From contig MU053520.1 in assembly GCA_013239625.1 (NCBI GenBank), positions 842,530 to 894,736 of the forward strand: DNA of 52,207 bases, in the 5' to 3' direction. The translations under genes were made by a program, and so were the position numbers. Under the pieces are notes generated by a model. That model was not told where the DNA came from, ran no database searches, and saw nothing but the letters and a program-made list of their open reading frames with translations. This DNA is from Lama guanicoe (Eukaryota). Below, in pieces: positions 1-13,499 of this stretch; within the stretch, counting starts at the first letter, position 1; each line of letters opens with the position of its first letter.

Positions 1-99
1 GCTCAAAGTTTTAAGAAAGTTGTAACTAACCAATATAAACAGCATGCTGGGAATTAACCACCACAATTTGTAATACGGAGAGCTAGGAAGCTACTCCGT

Positions 100-600
100 G
101 GTGTTGTTGCCTCCGCAACCACTTGCTTGGCCAAGTGGCCTTTGAGGGCCTTGAACTGACATTAGCCCCTCATGCAAGCACATGCCTTAGATGACAGCCT
201 GCAGTAAATGCAAGTTCTCAATATGACTTCCCCAGTGACTCTTGTGATAAACAGTGTCTCCACTTCCCAGGGTCTTCCCTTTGTGTACTCCTTAGGTAAG
301 ACCCCAAGGAGCTTACAAAACCCCCACTCCTTTTGGTGTGAATTGGCCAATCAGTGTTAGCCTGGAAACTCTAATGTACTGTATCCATAGACATTAATAA
401 AGTCATGTGCCCCAGCTCTTGCCCCTCTCTCTGCCTATACGCTGCTTTGATCTCCCTGTGAGGTCCCTAGAGGCATGTCATGTGCTTCCTCCAGGATCTG
501 TGAGTAATACACTTCTCTATTTCAATTCTCTGTGGGCCTTGGTTGAACTCTGGCTCACCATCAGACACCTACTTAAGAATGTTAATTTAATAGTCACAAT
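100..600 (+). mobile_element. Old LTR remnant (ERVL-type, MER74/MER73-like)
   Basis: Motif CCTCCAGGATCTGTGAGTAATACAC resembles the poly(A) region of MER74-group LTRs; boundaries approximate. Confidence 0.35.
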
Positions 601-777
601 GACCAAGATAAAATTAGGTGTCAACTTAAATGTGTGAAGGGACAAACAGTTATTGTAAATAACATTTTATGAGGCATATAAACAAAAAGATGTGTGGACA
701 ACTTGCTTGGACCAACTCTGACACTGCATTTAGATCTGAGAGCCGCAATTTTAAAATGATGCTCATAGATGCATTTT

Positions 778-1547
778 TTAATTGTTATATTCAGTTTATA
801 ATGTGTCAATTTCTGGTGTACAGCACAATTTTTCAGTCGTACATGAATATACCTATATTCATTTTCATATTCTTTTTTACTGTGAGCTACTACAAGATCT
901 TATATATATTTCCCTGTGCTATAAAGTATAAACTTGTTTATCTATTCCATAATACCTGCCAGTATCTACAAATCTCTAACTCCTAGTCTGTCCCTTCCAA
1001 TCCCCCTCTCCCCTGGCAACCACAAATTTGTATTCTGTCTGTGAGTCTGTTTCTGTTTTATATTTAAGCTCATTTGTCTTCTTCTCTTTATTTTAGATTC
1101 CACATATGAGTGATATCATATGATATTTTTCTTTCTCTTTCTGGCTTACTTCATGTAGAATGACATTCTCCAGGGACATCCATGTTGCTGCAAATGGCAT
1201 TATGTTGTCATTTTTACAGCTGAATAGTATTCCATTGTGTAATGCAGTATCCCACTGCAAAGAAACCTCACAACTTCTTCCAGTCATCTGTTGATGGACA
1301 TTTAGGCTGTTTCCATGTCTTCGCTATTGTAAATAGTGCTGCTATGAATATTGGGGTGCAGGGATATTTTTGGAGTAGGTTTCCTTCTGAATATATGCCC
1401 AGGAGTGGGATTGCTGGGTCATATGTTAAATCTATTTTTAGTCTTTTAAAGAATCTCCATACTGTTTTCCATATTGGCTGCACCAAACTGCATTCCCACC
1501 AGCAGTGTAGGAGGCTTCCCTTTTCTCCACAGCCTCTCCAGCATTTA
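778..1547 (-). mobile_element. 5'-truncated LINE-1 (ORF2 C-terminus plus 3'UTR) with TSD
   Basis: Minus-strand peptides [37 protein letters not shown] and MPFAATWMSLENVILHEVSQKEKEKYHMISLICGI*. TSD ATAGATGC(A/C)TTTT at 765-777 and 1548-1560. Confidence 0.93.
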
Positions 1548-3599
1548 ATAGATGCCTTTTCTTCAGAATAGAGCAGTCCTTATCATTCTTGGAATGGTTG
1601 AAGCAACTGAAGAATATTAAGCTATTTAGCCTAAAGAAGAACTGACCCTGATTACTTTAAAGACTATTTTTGGAAATGGAATAAATTCCTTACAAATTTT
1701 CTAGAAGACAGAATTAGAATTAGGAAGTTCACTGCTTTCAACCAAGCAGATTTCTACCTATTATTAGGTAACCCCTCCTCAACCCACTGAGCTGTCCAAA
1801 GCTGCAGTGGATTTCCAACTCTGAGCAGGTCTGAGCACTGGCTAGAGAAATGCTTGGAGGGAGTGGTGTGGTGAGCTACCTCCAGCTCCCAGGCATGAGA
1901 AGACTTAGCAGGTACAATGACTAGCTAGTTATTGAACTTGGTCTAAACCCTAAAGAAGAAAAGTTAATCAAACTCTTTCTTAGTAATGGTCCATTTTCTG
2001 TTCTTTCTGATGATCTGGTAGTGGAGAATCAGTGACATCAGTTTTGTTAACTGTATGGCAATGGCTGCAGGCAAATTAACCCGGCATTTATGAGGTCTTT
2101 GTAGCTGCCCCAAAGCAGAGGACCTTGGGATTCAATTACTTTCCCGCTGCAAGGAAACCTCACGACAGCAAAGTGCCAGGCAGCATAATTTCACAGCTCC
2201 TTCTTTTCTTTCGTCAAAAAGATGTTTCTAAGTTCTGTTCTCTCCTGTTTAGGGTACGTATTATTTATTTCATCTGCTTAAGACAAAAATTCACAGCCAG
2301 CATCTTCACACGGGGCCTTTTCTTCATGCTGCTTTAACTGTAAATTCTTTGCTGGCTGCTACCCCTTGGCTACCACCCCTGGAAATGTTAACCACAACCC
2401 GTCCTCACTCTCCACTTCAGTTTCAGAGTCTCTGTCTCTGATTCCTTTGCTGTTTTATTCTCTCAGAAGTTATTTCCACTGCATTTTTTCATAAATGTGA
2501 TAAAGGGAGTAAGAGAAAAGATGAGAGAGCAGAGAAAGACAGAAAGAAACTGAGAGTTTACCTCCTATTTTTAAAAGTGTTCCTTACATAGGAAAAAACC
2601 TAAGTCATAAGTGTGTGACCTTGGATGATGCTACAACTCCACAATTTTCTGAAAATGGAGAAACTCCTGAGTTATTTTCTATGTTTGTACAAATAAATAC
2701 CATATTTCACATCTATTGCTAACTGATTGGCTTAATCAACTGCATATGAGTTAATATTTCAGCTCCACAGAACTGTGAATGCTGATAAGTGCACTTATTC
2801 AATCAGCAAATATTTTTTTGAGCTGCCTGGATTCAGACTTCAGGTGCTGGGGATTGGGAAGTGACCGACGTCCCTGTCATCATGGGGCCTATTTGGTAGT
2901 GGGTGGATGTACTACATATGTTTTATAACACACAGAATCAGGGGAAAAAGACATGATATAAGTTAACTCCTGGTTCTTTTAAGTTAATTTATTCACATCT
3001 GGTTGCAGGTAAGGGAAGATACTCACATGTTCTACTCCTACATTTAGGTTCTTTTTCTCCCATCTTATGGAGAGAATGTGTGTTATGGCTGGAAGAATAA
3101 TGAACCGAAATTAGATGAACATACAAGTGTTTTACTTGTAACACCTATGAACTGTCAATCGACAGTATGGTTGTCCTTTTCCTTTAAGTAGTGATAACAA
3201 TAAATCCTTCACAACATAGGAGACACATGACACCTAGAGTGCCTTAGACATAGTAGGTGGGCAACAAACACTGTTTCTCATTTTCTTCCCTGTACCATCT
3301 TTTACTTCCATTCTTCTTTGCCACCGTGAAAGGCAGACGTGGAGGTATATTCAGCATGGAAAGTAGGGCAATTTGATTAGATTTCTTTCTTTTTCCTCCA
3401 TCATAAGCCCAAAGAGTACACTGTGAAGTCCCCCAGGAAACAGGAGAGCATGGCATTCATTACAAAACAGTTGTTTAATTTTATCTATTTCTTTCAATAG
3501 TTTTTTCTTAGCTCAATTTAAAGTTTTTATTTGTTTGTTTGTTACATAAGTCAGAAGAACTCTAATCTTTCCTGAATCTTCTATCTTCACATTTATTTG

Positions 3600-3935
3600 C
3601 ATTGCCAAAGTCCTGGCACTAGGGAGGACAAGAAGGGCTCTTTATTAGAAGTATTTCTTTGACAAGGACTATAGAGGGCACCGTGCTGCAGTGGCCGCTT
3701 GGCCCAAGGCCTAGGCCGTGAGCGTCTAAGTTCTAGTTGAAGTGGGGCCACAAAGGCCTCCTTGAGAGCAATCAAGGCCACTCTAAAGGTCCATCCTAGG
3801 TGGGGCTGGCTGAGGTCTCTTGCTGCTTCCTTCCCCTCTCACACGGGTGTTGTTTGAGAGAACACTCTCCAGCAAGCTTCCTAAACACTAATCACCAATT
3901 CTGAGGCCATTTTCCTGGAAAGCTGACTTGCAACG
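3600..3935 (+). mobile_element. ERVL LTR fragment (LTR16/LTR33-like)
   Basis: 3' end GGGTGTTGTTTGAGAGAACACTCTCC..CACTAATC..TTCCTGGAAAGCTGACTTGCAAC resembles the LTR16-group terminus. Confidence 0.5.
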
Positions 3936-4019
3936 AAGTGTAGTATATTTTTGGTCCCATTTACTGATATCAGTGTCCTGCTCAGATTCATAATCTAGCA
4001 TCAGTTTCATTATTTGAAA

Positions 4020-4370
4020 TCATGTGATAGTACATTTATACAATGGAATACTATATAGTGATCAGAATAAACAAATGATGTCTACATAAAACGACTGGTG
4101 TGAGTCTCATGAACCTATTATTGAGAGACAGAGGCCAAACACAAAAGAGTATACCTAAATGGTGCAAAGTAAAAAGTGCATCCTTATATGCAGTTAAAAA
4201 CAGGAAAAATGAATTTAAAAATGTCAAGAACACAGAAGGAGGGGGGAGCAATCACGATGCTCTGTTTCTTGATCTGGGTGCTTGGCTACACAAGAGTGTT
4301 CACTTTGTAAATATTGATCAAAATGCAGACTCATGGTTGTGAAGTTTTTATCAAGCAAATTTTATCACGT
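4020..4370 (+). mobile_element. Ancient L1M (L1ME-like) 3' fragment
   Basis: ATACAATGGAATACTAT..CAAACACAAAAGAGTATAC..TGTTTCTTGATCTGGGTG..GTGTTCACTTTGTAAA are typical L1ME 3' motifs. Confidence 0.7.
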
Positions 4371-5398
4371 AAAATGTATTGAAAACAGAACAAAGCTTGA
4401 TAACATAGCCTTTAGGAAAATAAAGTGACTCCAGAATGTAAGGCTGTACAAAAATTTAAGATGTACAGAAATAGAATACCCTTGCTGAATAGAATAGGAT
4501 TTTGTAAGCCAAACCATCATCATACCAAATGTGAACAACAGGCAAGTATTGTGTGGTGGGTGGTACACTTCTGTGGATCTGCACAAGGCAGGGTCATTTA
4601 AATCCTTTAAAAATATGTCTTCCTTCTTCATGATGACAAACTGCCATGGCCTGACAGCTGATCACCACTGTAATGCTTAGAAAGCTCTTAAGATGGGGGA
4701 AAATCCAACAAACAAAATTTGGAATCCATTCAAAGAAATTTTCTCTCTGAAGAGCTCAAAAGCAAAGAGGGCAATTGATGGCAATTTATGATGACACAAA
4801 ATCAATTCACTTACTATTGGATTAGCTTGCTTTTAGAACAAATGGGTTGAAGACAATAATACACTCAGTTAACTCCTTGTTGTCTTCCCAGTGTGACAAG
4901 TAGCAGTCACGTGAGGCCGTGGCTCTGCAAGAATGAAAGCTGTAGCTGTCTTCATAAAGATGCTTATTTGGGTCGGGAAAATAACCCACTATAAGCTAGC
5001 TTAAGCAAAACTGTAAAGTTACTAAATTAGACTGCTATTCCCAAGATATAAAAAATATACATATGGATGAACAACCAGAAACATAACATGGAAATGTGGG
5101 AACCAGGAGCTGGAACGAAGTCCCCCCCCTCCGCCTCACCTATAGGAGTCATTTCTATTTTGTACAACACTATAAATTAGCACAGTGAATATTCATTAGT
5201 GAGTAAATAAATAAATACATACATACATAAATGAGATCCGTGACATTCTAAAGTACAGTTAAAATGTAGAACCTTAATCTCGCATATTCCCAAGAAATTA
5301 ATAAATAACTATATAAAACCCATTATGGCTTCTATACATATCCCAAATTATTTAGATCAAGACTTCTAATAATATTTTTGTTTCTTTGAACTTATTCC

Positions 5399-5955
5399 TG
5401 TTAGGTAGTTAGATAGGGGCACTGGGCAAAGGGAGTAGGAAAAGGAGGGAATAATTCAGAAGATAATGATATACCGGCACTCAGAATAAGGGGCTTCAAA
5501 GAGCTTTACTCTCTCTAAATATGTGGCAACAAAGAAGATGCTTAGAAGCCAGAAGGCTGTGACTGTGCAGTAAAGAGAAAGACCCAACCTGACATGACCC
5601 AACATTAAGTAGAATGTAATTAGCATTGTGGTTCAGACCCCTGGGGGGTTTTCTGTATGCCTTGTGGGGAAGGGCACGTGCAATAAGGAAAGGTAATATA
5701 ACCTACACATGCCACTCACATGATGTCAACCATCAAATTAGCTTAAGACAGCGCCTGGGCAACCACACAAAAGACAGGGACTGGGGGAGGGAGGTCACTG
5801 CTAGCCTCCCTTGGACCAGTTTTCACCTTCAATTCTCAAAGGTGTACTTTCACTTTGCTAATAAACGCTGGTTACACAACGCTTTCATCTCCCATCTGAA
5901 TTCTTCTCTTCCCGGTAAGACAAGAACCAAGGCTCTTTCCCTCCGTGGGGGAACA
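5399..5955 (+). mobile_element. Solo LTR, ERV1-like, 557 bp
   Basis: Termini TGTT...AACA; 4-bp TSD TTCC at 5395-5398 and 5956-5959; AATAAA at 5860-5865; U5 motif TGAATTCTTCT..GACAAGAACC. Confidence 0.85.
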
Positions 5956-6499
5956 TTCCCATGCACAGAACCATAGTCAGTGAAATTGTCTTTAAAATTG
6001 TGAGGTAGATTCAGGACTTAGGTGAGGCAAACCTGATGTCTTTGCACTTAGTAGGAAGTATTAAACTACATGACTAGAGATTTGGGAAGTGTTTCTACCC
6101 CAGCAAACATCCACATTGAACTTAAACGTACATCAGAGAAGATCACTCCTCTCTCCATATAACTCATAGTAAAATTCAAGACCTCATTGTGGCCTAGAAA
6201 CCCAACATTTCTCAACTGGAATTCCCTGAACAAACTGAGCTATTGTAAGGCATCCACTGTATATAGTAAATTTTACTAATTTTTTTAATGTATCTGAAGA
6301 TATATTAGCTCTGTGCCATCCTAGAAGTAACTGATCAAAAAGGTCACTCAAATCACTTTTACGTGGTATAAGTCTTGTACAGAAAAGAAAGGCTGCCAGA
6401 CTTTCTACCCTCCAACCATGCTCTTCTTTACCTCTCCTAATTCTTCATGCTCAAATTTCTCCTCTTTGCTGATCCTAGCCCAGCCTTAAGAGCTGTCTC

Positions 6500-6870
6500 A
6501 TGATTCCAAAAACAAGCTTGATGTGCTCTGCCTTATGGTCTTTGCATGTGTTGTTCCCCAGACCTGCAATGCTCTCCCCTTGGATATCTGCACAGTTTGC
6601 TTCCCTCCCTCATGCACATTCTCAGCAAGGCGCCGTCTGCTGACCCCACTGTTACCCTCCCACACACATACACTGTAACTTTTTTCCTCCTTTATTTCTC
6701 TTAATATCACACACACTACATATACTTTAGTTTTTGTATCATCTATCTCCTCTGTTACATTAGAATAAAAATCTGATGAAAGTAGGACTTTGGTGAACTG
6801 TTTGTGCTGCTGTGTCTCCTGAAATAGTGCCTAAGTTCTCCATGGATGTTTGTTGAAAGAGTAAATGAAT
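6500..6870 (+). mobile_element. LINE-2 3' fragment
   Basis: CTTTGCATGTGTTGTTCCC..AATGCTCTCCCC..ATAGTGCCT..GTTTGTTGAA..AAATGAAT matches the L2 3' end. Confidence 0.7.
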
Positions 6871-7439
6871 TTTGAGAAAACACATTCTTAATGGTTCCAT
6901 TTTTCAGCATATTGAAGTGGCAAAAAAATTATGTTGTCTGAAAATTGTGATTAACCTTATAGATCAAGTTAAAGAACAAGTTAAAGTTGAGAGCAATTGT
7001 GTGTCTAGAGAGAGACATTGAACACATGGTTTTCATGGGCATTCATAATCTATGAGTTTTCTACAAAGACGTAAGGAACTCTTTATAAATCTTTATTTTT
7101 CAGATGCAGCATCCAGCATCCCTTCACCAGGGTTGTAAGCCTCTTCTAGTTCACTGACTCCCTTGAGGCTCCTCATTTCCCTCCCTTTTAGGGCCGTCTG
7201 TCCAGTAAACCCGTAATTCTAGGTCATATATTCCCATTCTGTGAAATTGCTGGGAGGAGTGTGGAGACTGCCACCTCCAAGGGCAGCCAGGAAAAAGCAT
7301 GCAGCATCCTTTTGATTCTCAGAGTCATACATTTAAAGATAGCTTCCATTCTCATGATAGTTGCTCTTCAAAGCTGACTGTCAGTACATTGCACTGCGTT
7401 CACACCCTTGTACAAATCCCCTTCAATGCTGAATCTGCA

Positions 7440-7960
7440 TATGGACACAGAAGTGTCACTGTGAAAGTTCTGGGCCTCGGCTTTAAGAAGGACTAGAAAT
7501 TTCTACTTTTCACCTCTTGGCAGCCTTCTACCATTGTAGAAGCCCAGCTAAGTTGCTGGGAAAAAAACAGGCATCAAGAAAGCATGAAGAGGAAGAGGCC
7601 CTGGGAAACTACCTGGAGAGAGAGAAAGGGAGAGATAGAGATAGATGGACAGACAGATAGACAGACAGATAGGTAGACAGACCGACCTAGCTATCCTACT
7701 GTCCTAGCCTCGCTCAGCCTGGTCTTCTGGCTGTCCGTCAGCACACCAGTGATGTGAATAAATCACCTTGGGTATTTCAGCCCAGTTGAAACCCCAGATA
7801 ATGTCAGCCCCAATCAATACCATGTGGAACATAAAACCATCTGGTTGAACCCACTCATTGTGTAGAATAATGAGACATTGTAATAGATGATAAGTTGGTT
7901 ATTGTGGTAGACTGCTCATTTTGGGGGTGGTCTGCTATGCAGCAATAGAGAATTAAAACT
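7440..7960 (+). mobile_element. MaLR LTR (MLT1-type) containing a (GATA/GACA)n tract at about 7630-7680
   Basis: 3' end TTTTGGGGGTGGTCTGCTATGCAGCAATAGAGAATTAAAAC is the MLT1 terminus. Confidence 0.75.
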
Positions 7961-10034
7961 ATTACAACTACTAAAACCTCACGTACTTAGCTGGGTGAGG
8001 AAGGTGAGATGGAGGGCTCTCTTTAAGGAACACATAGGATTTTAGGACTTCTGTCCCTATCTCATGTCCTGTCTCTCAACATAGAAGTGGTGAAGGTCAC
8101 AGAGGAAAGGTTGGGATGCTACCTCAACAACGATTTTTCCCAAGTAGTTCTGTCTTTCATGAGGATGAAGATTCTGGAAAATTTTAACACATTAATTATT
8201 TCTTCTCTAATTATGTGGTTGTCACTTTGGCTGGCCATGGAGAAGTGCAGGCTTCTTATATCTTATCTCAGATGGGGGTGGAAGGCAGTACGAGTTCTTA
8301 AGTCTGGTGTGGCAGGACAGCATCACTGACACTGCACCTGCTACCCTGCCACATCTCTTCAGACCAGACACATGGCAAAGCAAATCCTCATGGGCTGACA
8401 GTTATCCTGGCACATAAAGCCGCCCTCAACTCCAACTTACACACTGGAGTTGATCCACTATTTAGGTTATTGTGTCATATAGCCATCATATGTTATTACC
8501 AGCACAGACAGTTTGTATCCTGAAGGCATAAAATAAAACATAAAGAATAACCTAAAAACAAGCATCTGTCTTGATTTTCAATCAAAGAACTGAAAGACTT
8601 CAGGATTAGAGGCTTCACTCAGTAAGATCCTTAAGCCAGCTTCATTAAAGTTGATCCCAAGTAAGTAATCAGGGAGTCAGAAGTGGAATTCTTACTCTTC
8701 TCCTCAATTGTGTATTTACTTTCCTTTATATCATATTTATTCTATAGGTTCTGAAATAGCTCTTCCATTTGACTTTGTCTTAAAGAAAATAAATATAACA
8801 ATCTAATCTGCTCACATTCAGACTGGAATGCACAAAGGTGTGTTAAATAATTCAATGAGCAGATTGTTATTACAGAGAATTTAATAAATGGACGTGGTAT
8901 ATCTCTAACACCCTTATGTAAAGCTCATTTTCATTCTATAATCCCAACTGGATGTAACATACTTAAATGAGCATGATTAACTTGTATTTTTTTCTATTCT
9001 GTTTAGAAATATAATAACAGTTGAGAGATATTTATTAAGAAAACATCAACTCTATTTGCACATTCTTAAAGAGAATATTAGAAAAACAGAATTTCAATTT
9101 TCATGTGTATAATTTGTTAATATAACTAGAACGGAATACAATTAAGTACTTTCAGATCTTTCAGTGTTAATTAAAAAGCTAATAACTTGAATGGCTATAA
9201 ATACTGAATTAGTGGGACTAATGCTCCAGGCAGTTAATCCTTTATTTGTCATTTACTGAAGATCACTTAAGTGAGATGCCATCTTTATGTCAGGGATCCT
9301 CCACCAATAAAACTTCATGAATTGTAGTAAGATTCCCAAATTTTAGGCAATGTGTCTCTGAACTATTTGCCAATACCTTGCACCCCACCCTGGCAGTTTC
9401 CCAACAATCAGCAACTGCTGCCTTTGACTCAGTCCATTAAGGAATTTTACTGTCAGCAATTTTCCTGCTTCCCTCAACCCTAGGAATGACTTCTAGGTTT
9501 TTGAGAAGGGAAAGTAGGTCCACCAGAAAAATAAAAGGGAAAGGTTCCAGTTCTATGGTTTAAGAAATTTACCAACATTAGATTTAAATAGAAATGATAT
9601 TTTGAGAGTAGACAATATGAACAGCAAGGAGATTAGTATCAGCAATTGGTGGAAACCCATCAAACAGTGTTTAATGATTTCATTAGGGCTGAAATTCATG
9701 AGTACATAATACTTAAAACAAAATAAAACCTCATTAGTCACCTTTGGAAGATACTAGGGAACCAGTCCATTATTCTTTAAACTAGCAAATAAAGTGAAGA
9801 ATTAAAAAAAAATTATTCTAACTTTCCTTTACAAGCTATCTCAGAGTACCTCCCAGGAACTCTTCTGGGAGTAATACATGAATAACACATGATAGACTTA
9901 GAACATCACCTCTTTGCAAACTGCAGTACAATAAAAGATCTAAGCAAGAACCATCAATGGTTGCCAAAGCTGTTAAGTTAAAAGATGACGTAGCAATCTG
10001 GTAACAGCTCAATCCACAGTTCAATATTACGTCT

Positions 10035-10480
10035 GTGTCATTAAGCTTTGCTGCAATAATGTTTTAAACATCATCACAAAACTCAGTAGCATACAACAAC
10101 AATTTCTTTCTTGGTTATGAAACAATTGGGTCTGTAAATCAGCTGATGTTAGGCTGAGGTTCAAACTCCAAAAGGTGAGTAGGTTTCAGGTCTACTGCTT
10201 CTGTCTTCACCATCTGTAACCCAAGATTACAGAAGCAGCCACAATTTGGAACACACGATGCACTCGGCAGAAGGCGGGGACTCTGGAAGGCTAAGCCAGA
10301 AGTTGCAAATACATCTGAAGCCTTGGCACAGATGTGGTGAATGTCATATCCACTCACATTTCCGTATGCTAAAGCAAGTCAAGTGGAGTGGAGAGGCATG
10401 TTCTTCTTATGGAAGTTGGGGAGAAGGAAGCCTGAGGAGAGAGACTGTCTGTTGAACAATAATAGGATCCACTACAACAG
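10035..10480 (-). mobile_element. MaLR LTR (old MLT1 subfamily)
   Basis: TTTGCTGCAATAATG..ACAAAACTCAGTAGCATACAACAAC is the reverse complement of an MLT1 3' end. Confidence 0.6.
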
Positions 10481-10559
10481 CACAAAAAAAGAGACAACCA
10501 GATAAGTGCCTACTGATGGGGATGAATAAAAGTTACATAACACATCCTCTGAAATAGTC

Positions 10560-10975
10560 TGACCAAGCCTCTGTATCAAGCTATCATTCTACAGTAAAGG
10601 GGCAAAGGAAGATATTAAATGATATCACAAGGAAGCAATCAGCAAAATCTAGAATGTGGAAAGCAAGCACTTCAGAGAAATGAAATGTTTGGTGCTACAA
10701 ACAAATTGAAAAAATAAAAGATTAGAGGAGCAACATCTAAACAAGAAAATACTAACTAAAATCTCAGAGAAATGCTGAGTATTTGAACAAAGCAAATGGA
10801 AATAAGCCATTGGGGAAATCTGAACAATAACGATCTGGTGATATCAAGGAGAGTTAATTTTGTTAGATGTGAAAATGTTATGGTTATGGTTTTCAATATA
10901 TCATTATTATTTTGTTTAAATATACACTGAAATATCTGAGGCAAATGAGACACACTTCAAAATAATCTAAGGATG
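10560..10975 (+). mobile_element. Ancient L1MC-type 3' fragment
   Basis: GAAGCAATCAGCAAAATCTAGAATGTGG..ATTGGGGAAATCTGAAC..GATATCAAGGA..ATACACTGAAATAT motifs. Confidence 0.65.
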
Positions 10976-10984
10976 GTCAAGGGG

Positions 10985-11105
10985 AGTTAGGAAGAATAAA
11001 GAAAGGAAGGAAGGGAGGAAGGAATAAAGAGAAGGAAGGAGGGAGAGAGGGAAAGAGGGAAGGAGAAAGGAAAGAAGGAGAAAGAGGTATGGGGAGGGAG
11101 GGGAA
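10985..11105. repeat. Purine-rich (GA-rich) low-complexity tract
   Basis: Almost only G and A (GAAAGGAAGGAAGGGAGG...). Confidence 0.9.
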
Positions 11106-11401
11106 ATTCTTCTCACTGAACAGAAGTTAATGCGGTTAAGAGTCGTGTACTTTTGAGATGATGTCCTATTGTAGTCCTTTGCTTGAATCTCCCTACTTAC
11201 GCCCTGTACACAGGTCGTTTTTTTCTTTTTAATCTCACTGTGATACGAGTGGCAAAAATTAAGGTCTCTCAGTGCATTTCACAGATAAAAATGTGTCAAT
11301 CATAAAGCCTTTTTTTTCCTAAGAAATAAACAATAGATCCTAAGAACTTCTTCCCCTCTAAACCAAGGAGAGAAGACTTTAAAAGCAGTTGTGTGTCTCT
11401 T

Positions 11402-11605
11402 TTTTTTAAATTGAAGTATAGTCAGTTAGAGTGTGCCGATTACAATGTTACAGTGTGTCACTTTCTGGTGTACAGCATGTTTCAGTCATACATATATCTA
11501 CATATATTAGTTTTCATATTCTTTTTATTATGGGGTGGGAAGGGATAAATGGGTACTTTGAGATTTGCAAATATTAACTACTGTATATAAAACAGATAAA
11601 CAACA
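11402..11605 (-). mobile_element. Short 5'-inverted (twin-primed) LINE-1 insertion
   Basis: L1 3' end on the minus strand (11402-11530) abuts upstream L1 3'UTR in plus orientation (11531-11609). TSD AGTTGTG(T/G)G(T/C)CTCTT at 11387-11401 and 11606-11620, followed by AA. Confidence 0.85.
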
Positions 11606-13236
11606 AGTTGTGGGCCTCTTAATGAGCTTAAAACTAGTCTGTGTGAGCAGGGTACATAGGTGAGATGTTCCTTGGTAAAGGAAACCTCAAATCCTTTGGC
11701 AGCTACACACTGTTCTGTTTGATACCCAAGGAAACAGAGCCATGAGCAGTTACAGTTCATGTTTTCATAAGTGAATGAGAATGTGCTTATTTTGTATAGA
11801 AATTACCAATTTTACTTGAAATTATAATCAAATGGCATCATAGTTTTAGGAGTCAAAAAGAAAATGGAATTTCAAGAGAACTAGCATTAAAAAAAAAAAG
11901 CTTGTAAAGAAGAAACCCACAGTGTATCTTCCCCAAGAAAATGTGCGATGCTTACTCCTGTGTGTCATTTCAGTCCTCTGTGATTTACCTGAAGGAAATC
12001 ATTAAATCTTCCCAGTATTTTAGAATAATAGCATGATGATGAGACACCTAAAAAGCACTCAGAGGAAACATTGGTTGCAAGTGCCTGCCCAAATTGTTTA
12101 ATGTTTGTCAAACTTGAATTGCATTTGAAAGATGCGTTTCTGGTAATGGATTTCCAGTTCTATTTCCACATGGGCAAGGCTTTGTAGCCATTACAAGATG
12201 TAGTTTATTACATTGCATTATGCATGAGATGATTTTTGTGAGCAGGTACACAAACACAAAGGGGAAAAGTACAGGAAAGAAATTTATTTTATTGCTCAAA
12301 ACACAGCAGTTAGAAATAATTTGGAAATTTTTCAAATAGCTCATTTTGGGAAATTCTTAGATCTGCTTAGGAGTGATTATTTTTTGCAGCGTTACTAAAT
12401 AATCTAGCTCTAGCTAAGCTAATCTTAGCTTGGGATAAATTCCTGAGAGAGCCATGTCTAGTTGTAGAATAGAGGTAAAATGTCACCAAACAGTATCAAA
12501 TCTTGAATAAAGGTATCTTCAAGCCTTGTTTGCAACAATGATTAGCTGTATGTGACTTTGGTCATGGAAATGAGCTTCTCTGGACTCCATTTCCTCTTCA
12601 CAGAACAAGAAATAATATATCCTGTGTCACATAACTATAGTGATTATGTGAGCCCAGTTCAATAATTACTAAAAAGTAAATGCTCAAAATAGTTGACCTA
12701 ATCCAAATTGTTAAACTGCAGCTGATAAAGGTAACTGGATTTTGTAAGTTGAAAGAATTATACAAGTGAAACACACACACACGCAGAAAACAACAGGGCT
12801 ATTTTGTTTGTTTTGTAAAATTTGTTTGCAGATGTCTTGATAGTGGTTTGCTATCTCGGGGTAGTTCTTTAATAGTGAAAAGACCATGCATCCAAACTGA
12901 AACCATTCTGTCTTTTTTACCTTGATGTGTGATCAACCAGTTCATGGAATCTTATTATATAAGAGCTTGAACTTCTGATGTAAGAAACCAAGAATTATTA
13001 TTAGTGGTGATACGCAATGGCTTCAAAATGATGGTGTGCTTTGATGTGTAAAATGCTGCAGATCAGTTGCAAGACGTGAAGAGAAATCCTTATGTATAGG
13101 ATCCAGCCACTGTAAAGCGAGCAACTATCCTCTCACACAAAGTGCAAGAGAAGCTGTGCCTTGTTTCTGTTTATACAACAGATCCACAGCCACACAATCT
13201 GTAATTTCTGTACAAATGAATATACGCATGGGAGAC

Positions 13237-13499
13237 NNNNNNNNNNNNNNNNNNNNNNNNNNNNNNNNNNNNNNNNNNNNNNNNNNNNNNNNNNNNNNNN
13301 NNNNNNNNNNNNNNNNNNNNNNNNNNNNNNNNNNNNNNNNNNNNNNNNNNNNNNNNNNNNNNNNNNNNNNNNNNNNNNNNNNNNNNNNNNNNNNNNNNNN
13401 NNNNNNNNNNNNNNNNNNNNNNNNNNNNNNNNNNNNNNNNNNNNNNNNNNNNNNNNNNNNNNNNNNNNNNNNNNNNNNNNNNNNNNNNNNNNNNNNNNN
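13237..13499. other. Assembly gap (N run)
   Basis: 263 N. Confidence 1.
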
